The notes beneath the pieces were generated by a model. The model ran no database searches and was not told the DNA's origin. It saw only the letters and a list, made by a program, of their open reading frames with translations. The translations under genes and the position numbers were made by a program. A DNA stretch of 20,000 nucleotides from an uncultured virus (IMG/VR IMGVR_UViG_3300035670_000166) (lineage: Duplodnaviria > Heunggongvirae > Uroviricota > Caudoviricetes), in the IMG/VR virus record IMGVR_UViG_3300035670_000166; one strand, given 5' to 3'. Below, piece by piece: positions 8,502 through 15,285 of this stretch. Each line of letters opens with the position of its first letter. Position 1 is the first letter of the stretch.

Positions 8502-8980
8502 TGAGCACCTTCGCCTTCGTCAACTACGCCCGCTTCACCCAGCGCAACGGAGCAGCCACCTCACCGGTGCATGCCTACCAGAACTTCTCAGTGAACCAGC
8601 CCCGCATCTACGGCGGCGTGACCTACCAATTCGTCCCCTTCGCCGTCTCCACCGGTGCCGGCAGTAAAGGAGGCGACCGCTCCGAAGCCACCCTCGGTGC
8701 CGGCACCAACGCCATCACCGTCAACGTCTTCACCGAGGCCGTGAACTCCGGCTGGCTTCTCGAACTCAAGACCGTCTCCTTGAACCCCGAGACCTTCGCC
8801 GACACCGCCCTGATCCGCACCGAGATCTGGCGCGTCGCCCGCTACGAGATGGACACCGAAAAGATCCTGCTCAAACTCACCTCGCCCCTGGACGCCGTCC
8901 GCGAGCAGGTGCCCAACCGCTACCTGAACACGCGACTGGTCGGCGCCCTCCCGACCTCGGCAACGTTGGTGGTGAGCTGA
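8501..8980 (+). CDS. Minor tail tip protein (gpL N-terminal / DUF1833-like), 159 aa
   Basis: TGATG-coupled to the tape measure gene; YGGVTYQFVPF...LKLTSPLDAVREQVPNR resembles gpL-like tip proteins; sits before the K-like and J-like genes. Confidence 0.6.
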   Translation: MSTFAFVNYARFTQRNGAATSPVHAYQNFSVNQPRIYGGVTYQFVPFAVSTGAGSKGGDRSEATLGAGTNAITVNVFTEAVNSGWLLELKTVSLNPETFADTALIRTEIWRVARYEMDTEKILLKLTSPLDAVREQVPNRYLNTRLVGALPTSATLVVS

Positions 8981-9357
8981 TGCCGACCTGGATGCGCTGG
9001 ATCGGTCTCCCCCACGGCTTCGGCGCCCACCCCGAGGACGGCATCGCCTGCGACTGCTTGCTGATGGTCTGGTCCGTCCTCGACGAGGCCGGCGTCCACC
9101 ATCCCCCCTTTGTCCAGGAATGGCTTGACTTGGCCAGGGAGGGGCACTGGCGTGACCTGCAGAAGTTATGGGATGCCGGCACCCGAATACTCCAGGAACC
9201 CCAGCCCTACGCGGTCACGTTGTTCCACAACGGCCCCAACGGCCTGGGCGTCGGCGTGGTGGTTGATGACGGCCTGCTCATGGTCCACCACAAACGCGGC
9301 GTCTGCTGGATCCCCCTCGCAGTGATGAAACGCCTCCCCTACTACGAGTTCGTCTGA
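8980..9357 (+). CDS. NlpC/P60-fold tail assembly protein (gpK-like), probably catalytically degenerate
   Basis: WIGLPHGFG...DCLLMV...GVGVVVDDGLLMVH matches the NlpC/P60 layout (IG.PY.WG...DC...H.GI....MIH), but the catalytic His position is Gly. Confidence 0.72.
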   Translation: MPTWMRWIGLPHGFGAHPEDGIACDCLLMVWSVLDEAGVHHPPFVQEWLDLAREGHWRDLQKLWDAGTRILQEPQPYAVTLFHNGPNGLGVGVVVDDGLLMVHHKRGVCWIPLAVMKRLPYYEFV

Positions 9358-12300
9358 TGTCCGACCCTCGGATCCTCCCCGCCGACCGCTACCTCGCCTC
9401 CCTGCTGGGCATCAGCGACGAGGACTACGCCCTCTTCAAAGCCGAGGTCGAAAAACGCGCCGCCGAAGGCCCCCAGCCGTCGGTCGTAGCCGGCGCCGAA
9501 ACCCTCGCGATCATCTCCCTGGTGCTGACCGTCCTCTCGGTCGGCTTCACCATCGCAGCGTCCTTCTTCAAGCCTCAGCCCGACGACACGCGCCCCGCCC
9601 AGCTCAAGAGCCGCAACCGCGGGGGCCGCGCCCGCACCGAGAACGAACGCTTCGCCCCGCGCTACGGCTTCGACTCCGCCCAGGACATCACCACCCTCGG
9701 CGCCATCGTCCCGTTGGTTTACGCCCTCCGCGAAATCACCGGCGGCGTGACCTACGGCGGCGTCCGCGTCAACACCTCCCTGCTCTGGTCCCAGATCTAC
9801 AGCCTCGGCGGCTCCCAGATGCTGCGGGCCATCTTCCTCATCGGGGAAGGTCCCATCGGCGCCATTGACATTCAGAACTTCGCCGCCGGTGGCAACACCC
9901 TTGCCTCCTACAACTACGGCAGTGGCACCGCCGCAGGTAGCCGCATGACGGTGTACGGGCGCTACACCGCAGCCCACGGCCTCACCAGCCGCATCAACTC
10001 CACGCACTACGTCTTCGGCCGCAACCCGAGCACAGACAAAGGCGCCGCCAGCACCGGCGACATTTTCCTGGTGAACGGAGCCGCCAGCTTCAGCAGCGCC
10101 AACCGCCCCAACAACCAGACCACCTTCGGCGTTTACAACCTGATCGGCAACGACTTCGGCTTCCGCCTGAACCCCACGATCAAACCCATCGTCCAAGCCC
10201 AGCTCATCCCCGAGGGCGATGACGGTGATGCCAAAGTCAAATGCACCATCGATGACGTCGCTTGGGTCCAGAAGAGGAAAGCCCAGACCTACTTCTCATC
10301 GCGTGGAGCAATCACCAGCAGCGGCCTCGGGAGTATCGGCGGTACCACCTCCTACACGCTATACAACAGCACAGACAAAGACACCGTCTTCAGCAGGGAC
10401 GTCAAGAGCCTGACCACCCCAAGCGACTGGGTGTTCTCAAAGGAAACCAGGGCAAAACAAGGCGCGGGGACCTTTGTCAAGTCCATCAACAAGGGCTTTG
10501 CCCACTACCACGACGACACCGAGGACGAGAACACAACAATCATCGGCGACCTCGAAAGCCGCATCAGCGCCAGCATCTCCGGCCCGATCACTGTTGACTC
10601 CAAGGGGAAGGGCTCGTTCAACGTCAACGTCACCTTCAACACATCCGGCCTCCAGGACAGCGATAACGACAACGAAGATCTAAACCTCTTCTTACAGACA
10701 CTCAAGGCAGTCCGCTTTGTCTTGAAGTGGAAAAACGACCTCTCTGCCGATGACCCCGAGGACGATGTCGTCATTCGCCTGCCCCTACAGGTTCTTGTCA
10801 AGACAAAGGTCAAGCAGCAATTCACATCCGATGGAGGAACGGTCTCGGCACCGACATTGAGTGTGACCAAAAACGGGGACGGACTGGTTACGAATGTATC
10901 TATCGCCGGCGGAGGTGGCACGATTTCAGGCTTATCCACCACGCAATCATTCAGTACTCCTCAATTCAAATTCAAGAAAATCCCCCAGATGATCGCCAGC
11001 TCCGGCAAAGTCAACGCGGGGTCGAACGTAACCGGAACCTTCACACTCAAATTCAACGCCAAGAAGGCTTACATCGAGACCGCTGATGACGTAGCCGCCA
11101 GCGTCTCCGGTCGCCAGAAAACCTGGGACGACAACCTTATCGAGGGCGAACTGTACAAAATCGGATCCGGCCTCGCAATCTGCACCGACCGCACTGCAAG
11201 TGCCTTCGTCTCCGACGCGGATATCAGCTCAGGCTCAGGGAGCTCCGTCACCGCGTCATTCACTACGGTGCGCACCGGCTCCGTCACCACCAACAGCTCG
11301 AGCCAAGCCCAACTGGACGGCTGGACTTGGAACGAATCCCGCCCCTCCGTCGAATGGCGCAACGTCGCCTCGACCGACGGTCACATCCTCCGCTGCGCCA
11401 TTGCCAGCATCTCGACAACCCGAGCCTGCAAGACCGTCGAGATCGGCATCCGCTCTCGGCTCGGCATCCGGGTCGGCGGCATCTGCAACTTCAAAGAGTC
11501 GCTCAGCTTCGACGACTGCGATAACCGTGCCTGCCTCGACTACAAGGACGACATCATCGAAAAAGGCAGCACCCTCAAAACAGACATTCACCAGTCGAAC
11601 ACGATCTCTGCTCCGGTTGAGCGATACTCGTTCTTCGCCATCTATTACCGAGAAGCCGGCAGCACCAACACATTCACCAAACTTAGCAACGCCTACGGCG
11701 TCCGCGGAGCTACCCAGCAAAACGTCTTCAACTATATCCAGCTCGAAATGCCTACCGTAAAACAGTGGGAATTCCAAATCGAGCCCTACTCGAGCTTTGA
11801 AGTGCGCAACGGGGGCATTGGCACGCTGTACGTGCTCGACGCAGCCCTGAGTACAGCGCAAACGGTCAGCGAGGGCGGTGTCACAGTGCGCTTCACCGGC
11901 ACCTCCGTTGCCCAATCCGAAAACACCTTCTCTATCCCTGTTGGTCGCCGGCGCAGTGCTAAGAACGGCCTTGGAATCGCCCGCTCCGACACCCCCTACG
12001 CCAACGGCGACTACTCCTACATCGACACCTGGGGCAAGCTCGCCGAAGCCTTCGTCTACGAGGAGATTCAATCCTCAGCCGCCAATGGCCCCGAGCACGA
12101 GGTCGTCTACATCAACGAGATCGTCCCCAACCCCATAGCACCCCTCTACGACAACCTGGCGCTGCTCGGGGTCAACATCATGTCCTCGGTCGAGTGGCAA
12201 CAGTTCAACCAGTTCTCCTGCTACGTCACCGCGGGTAAGACCTGCCGACGCCTGCTCAACGGCCTCAGCACCGGCTCGACGCACCTGTTCCCGGACGTCC

Positions 12301-13301
12301 TGCTCGACCTGCTGACGAACACCACCTACGGCGCCGGAAACCTGATCACCGACCAGATGATCGACTTCACCTCCTTCCAGGAGGCCGCTCAATGGTGCCA
12401 GGACAGTAGGTATTTCTACGACGGCGTGATCGCTGACCGCGTCAACCTCCGCCAGTGGGCCGCGGACATCGCCGCTACGCATCTGCTGATCTTCGGCGAG
12501 CGCGACGGCAAGTTCTTCCTGCGCCGGGCATTGCCCACCACCGCAGTCACGATCCGTGGCCTTTTCACCGCAGGCAATATCGCCGAGGGCTCCTTCCAGC
12601 TCCAATACTTGGACCCCGAAGACCGCGACCCCATTCAGGTCTCCGTCCGTTACCGCGAAGAGCGTGCCTCCACGGACCTGACCAACCCCGGCCTCTTCCC
12701 CGTCGTCCGCGAGGTGATCGTCCGCGAAGCCTCTACCCCCGAGGGCGCCACGATGCAGTCCCTCGACATGAGTGACTACTGCACCAACGCGGCGCACGCC
12801 ATCGACGCCGCGAAGTACATCATCCGGATGCGCCGGATCCCCACCCACTCGATCCGCTTCACCACAACCCACGAGGGCGTCCTCGCTCAGATGGCCCCCA
12901 GCGACTACATCCGCGTCGCCATGGACAGCACCGAGTACGACCAGTTCAACAATGGGGTCGTCACTGCCTCTGGGACCCTGGTCTCGACCAAGTCTCTGAA
13001 CGACGGCGCCTACAACGTGATCGCTTGGAACGGCGAGGCCGCCACCGCTCCCTACGACACCACCTTGCGTGTCAACGCTGGCGGAACACAAGCCACTCCC
13101 ACCGGCATTGTCTTCACCGTCAAAGTCCCGAGCACGCAGGTTCGCACCTACCAAATCGAGCGCATCACGCCCAACGACGATGGCACCTTTACGATTGAGG
13201 CGGTACACATGCCCACCAACGGATCGGGCGTGCTGAACCTCGCCGAGAGCATCGAGCTCGGTGGTACAGCGTCCTCCGCCAACTGGACGATTCAAGGCTG
13301 A
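9357..13301 (+). CDS. Tail tip attachment / baseplate hub protein (gpJ-like), 1314 aa
   Basis: N-terminal hydrophobic segment followed by LGAIVPLVY...LLWSQ...IFLIGEGPI; later PDVLLDLLTNTTYGAG...IDFTSFQEAAQWC...YDGVI...ERDGKFFL...FTAGNI, a typical gpJ/Tal-like motif series. Confidence 0.85.
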   Translation: MSDPRILPADRYLASLLGISDEDYALFKAEVEKRAAEGPQPSVVAGAETLAIISLVLTVLSVGFTIAASFFKPQPDDTRPAQLKSRNRGGRARTENERFAPRYGFDSAQDITTLGAIVPLVYALREITGGVTYGGVRVNTSLLWSQIYSLGGSQMLRAIFLIGEGPIGAIDIQNFAAGGNTLASYNYGSGTAAGSRMTVYGRYTAAHGLTSRINSTHYVFGRNPSTDKGAASTGDIFLVNGAASFSSANRPNNQTTFGVYNLIGNDFGFRLNPTIKPIVQAQLIPEGDDGDAKVKCTIDDVAWVQKRKAQTYFSSRGAITSSGLGSIGGTTSYTLYNSTDKDTVFSRDVKSLTTPSDWVFSKETRAKQGAGTFVKSINKGFAHYHDDTEDENTTIIGDLESRISASISGPITVDSKGKGSFNVNVTFNTSGLQDSDNDNEDLNLFLQTLKAVRFVLKWKNDLSADDPEDDVVIRLPLQVLVKTKVKQQFTSDGGTVSAPTLSVTKNGDGLVTNVSIAGGGGTISGLSTTQSFSTPQFKFKKIPQMIASSGKVNAGSNVTGTFTLKFNAKKAYIETADDVAASVSGRQKTWDDNLIEGELYKIGSGLAICTDRTASAFVSDADISSGSGSSVTASFTTVRTGSVTTNSSSQAQLDGWTWNESRPSVEWRNVASTDGHILRCAIASISTTRACKTVEIGIRSRLGIRVGGICNFKESLSFDDCDNRACLDYKDDIIEKGSTLKTDIHQSNTISAPVERYSFFAIYYREAGSTNTFTKLSNAYGVRGATQQNVFNYIQLEMPTVKQWEFQIEPYSSFEVRNGGIGTLYVLDAALSTAQTVSEGGVTVRFTGTSVAQSENTFSIPVGRRRSAKNGLGIARSDTPYANGDYSYIDTWGKLAEAFVYEEIQSSAANGPEHEVVYINEIVPNPIAPLYDNLALLGVNIMSSVEWQQFNQFSCYVTAGKTCRRLLNGLSTGSTHLFPDVLLDLLTNTTYGAGNLITDQMIDFTSFQEAAQWCQDSRYFYDGVIADRVNLRQWAADIAATHLLIFGERDGKFFLRRALPTTAVTIRGLFTAGNIAEGSFQLQYLDPEDRDPIQVSVRYREERASTDLTNPGLFPVVREVIVREASTPEGATMQSLDMSDYCTNAAHAIDAAKYIIRMRRIPTHSIRFTTTHEGVLAQMAPSDYIRVAMDSTEYDQFNNGVVTASGTLVSTKSLNDGAYNVIAWNGEAATAPYDTTLRVNAGGTQATPTGIVFTVKVPSTQVRTYQIERITPNDDGTFTIEAVHMPTNGSGVLNLAESIELGGTASSANWTIQG

Positions 13302-13705
13302 TGGCTGTCACGTTCCCCAGCATCGAACCGACGAGCCGCAGCTTCGTCGCCCCAAAGTGGCCCACCACGGGGATCACCAGCCAGTCAGGTGTCACCACCC
13401 GACGCCTGTGGGGCAGCCACCCCTCACAAGCTCAGCTCACACTCAACTTCGCCAATATCACTGATGACAACGCCGCGCTAATACTTGCAGCTTATAACAA
13501 CGCCAAAGGTGCGACTACAGATCTTACGCTTCCAGCAATTATTTTCCAGGGAGCCTCCAGTAACTTAACCGGCTGGCTAAATACAACACTAAGCGGCGGC
13601 GGAATCAAATGGTTCTTCTCCGAAGACCCGCCAAGTATCGACAGCGTGGCTCCGGGGCGCTCATCTGTGAATCTTCGTCTGGTCGCGGAACTTAGACTGA
13701 ACTGA
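13301..13705 (+). CDS. Putative distal tail protein (Dit / gpM-like), 134 aa
   Basis: FPSIEPTSRSF...SQSGVTTRRLWG...LTLNFANIT...ILAAYNNAKG...WFFSEDPP resembles gpM/Dit-type proteins in size and pattern; TGATG-coupled. Confidence 0.62.
   Translation: MAVTFPSIEPTSRSFVAPKWPTTGITSQSGVTTRRLWGSHPSQAQLTLNFANITDDNAALILAAYNNAKGATTDLTLPAIIFQGASSNLTGWLNTTLSGGGIKWFFSEDPPSIDSVAPGRSSVNLRLVAELRLN
13693..13698 (+). promoter_or_regulatory. Possible -10 element TAGACT
   Basis: TAnnnT hexamer 25 nt before ATG 13724; the same hexamer recurs at 15253-15258; no -35 recognised. Confidence 0.35.
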
Positions 13706-13723
13706 AATTCGAGGCGGGTAGCC

Positions 13724-14122
13724 ATGGCCGTAAAGACAGCTGCCACCGCTGAACTGCAGTTTGGCGGAGCTGTTATTGGCAAAGTGCGAGATATCAAACT
13801 CGATATCAATCGTGACGCATTAGAGACGACAGGAATCGGACAAACAGACCGTACATACGTCTACGGCGTTCGCAGCACCAGTGGCAGCGGAACACTGCTC
13901 TACGACTCCACCGACACGGCGACCCGCAATGTGATGAACACGCTACTCAGCGACTCACAATCACTGTCACGGGTGAAGCTCGTGCTGGACACCGCAACAA
14001 CCCTAGGCACAATCGAGGGCGATGTTGTAGTGACCCAAGCCGGCGTCAGCGTCAGCGTCGGAGATGTAGTCAGCGTCCCGATCAGTTTCAACGTCAGCGG
14101 AAAACCTAGCGGTAGCTTCTGA
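13724..14122 (+). CDS. Tail-tube-fold protein (baseplate tube / tube initiator-like), 132 aa
   Basis: IGKVRDIKLDINRDALETTGIGQTDRTYVYGVRSTSGSGTLLYD...GDVVVTQAGVSVSVGDVVSVPISFNVSG is a minimal siphovirus tube pattern; SD GAGG at 13711-13714. Confidence 0.78.
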   Translation: MAVKTAATAELQFGGAVIGKVRDIKLDINRDALETTGIGQTDRTYVYGVRSTSGSGTLLYDSTDTATRNVMNTLLSDSQSLSRVKLVLDTATTLGTIEGDVVVTQAGVSVSVGDVVSVPISFNVSGKPSGSF

Positions 14123-15255
14123 TGGCAGTCCTCGGTGTTGGCGGTGTTCTTGACATCAGCCGGGCGATCCCCGAGCCCGTTGCGCTGTCGTCCGCCCGTA
14201 TCAACACCGGCAGCGCCACGACAACCATCTCGCTGACAAACCCCGGCTACTGGGCGGGCGACCGGATCATCATCGCGTCATCGCTTGGTGTGCCGTTCGA
14301 TGTCAACGGTGACGGCTACGCCGACTGCCCCGACGGGCACGGCATCTACCGCGGCGGCACCTGGGACACAGGTGTAAGCCGAGCCTTCTACACCGGAAGC
14401 AATACAGACACGAGTCCGTTTTACCACCAGTACACAGAGACCCTGAATCTGGTCACACAGTCCGGCAATCAGCTTGTCACCCAGGCCGGTGATGCACTGA
14501 TCGGCTTATCAAGTGCAGAAGAAGCTGAGGATTTCTACAACAACACCGCCAACACCGGCCTTGCTACACAGGCTGATGGCTACATGAGCCGCGACGAGTT
14601 GGACCGCATCCGCCTGTGGACCACAGAAGCAGCGGCGCATTCTGCCTCTGGCACAGAGAAGGCGGTCTCAAAAGTAAAGTGTGGGAACTTCATCGTCACC
14701 TACTACGATGATGCTGCGCAGTACGTCACAGCGATCAACACTGCAGCAACAACACTCAACGAGCTCACATTACTGCAGTCAGAGCAGTTACTGGCGAGTG
14801 TGATCACGCTACCTGCTGGATTCGCAGCCTCGTGTGACGACGCCAACCGCAACTGGAAGATGCAGTGCGATCTCGAGGAGTGGGCTCTGTCGATCGACGC
14901 CACGAACCTCGATACCACTGCGATCGGAGAAACCTTCGGCGAGCACGTCAAATCCCTAGTACGCGGAGCTGGCACACTCCAGTTCCATGTAGATCACAGA
15001 GTGGTAGCTGGACAAGAAGACAGCCTAAGCCTTTTACGCCTAGTTATGATGATCAACAATAAGTGCAACACTAAAGCCAGATTCTATCTATACAAAAACA
15101 GACCGAGCAGAGGCAGTCAGCTAAGCGGTTCAGCTTATTACGAATGTCAGATACTAATGACCAACTCAAGAATCAACACAAGGGCATCAGATATTACCGT
15201 TGGCACTACTGACTTCGTCGCCACTTCTGAGATCAAGATTAGTCTGCCTGGCTAG
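14122..15255 (+). CDS. Tail-tube-fold protein with a large inserted domain, 377 aa
   Basis: The C-terminal ~130 aa (LEEWALSIDATNLDTTAIGETFGEHVKSLVRGAGTLQF...ILMTNSRINTRASDITVGTTDFVATSEI) align by eye with the preceding tube protein. The N-terminal part has a DxNxDG loop and an LVTQ repeat. Confidence 0.7.
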   Translation: MAVLGVGGVLDISRAIPEPVALSSARINTGSATTTISLTNPGYWAGDRIIIASSLGVPFDVNGDGYADCPDGHGIYRGGTWDTGVSRAFYTGSNTDTSPFYHQYTETLNLVTQSGNQLVTQAGDALIGLSSAEEAEDFYNNTANTGLATQADGYMSRDELDRIRLWTTEAAAHSASGTEKAVSKVKCGNFIVTYYDDAAQYVTAINTAATTLNELTLLQSEQLLASVITLPAGFAASCDDANRNWKMQCDLEEWALSIDATNLDTTAIGETFGEHVKSLVRGAGTLQFHVDHRVVAGQEDSLSLLRLVMMINNKCNTKARFYLYKNRPSRGSQLSGSAYYECQILMTNSRINTRASDITVGTTDFVATSEIKISLPG

Positions 15256-15258
15256 ACT
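15253..15258 (+). promoter_or_regulatory. Possible -10 element TAGACT
   Basis: Overlaps the stop of 14122..15255 and lies 27 nt before GTG 15286; no -35 recognised. Confidence 0.35.
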
Positions 15259-15285
15259 CAAGGCACTTAGAAACCAAGAGAGCGC

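Noticed and set aside
578..15255. Contractile tail, tailocin, eCIS or gene transfer agent interpretation of the multiple tube genes
   Set aside because: No sheath, baseplate wedge or VgrG/PAAR genes are present, and the very long tape measure with L/K/J-like tip genes fits a non-contractile phage tail.
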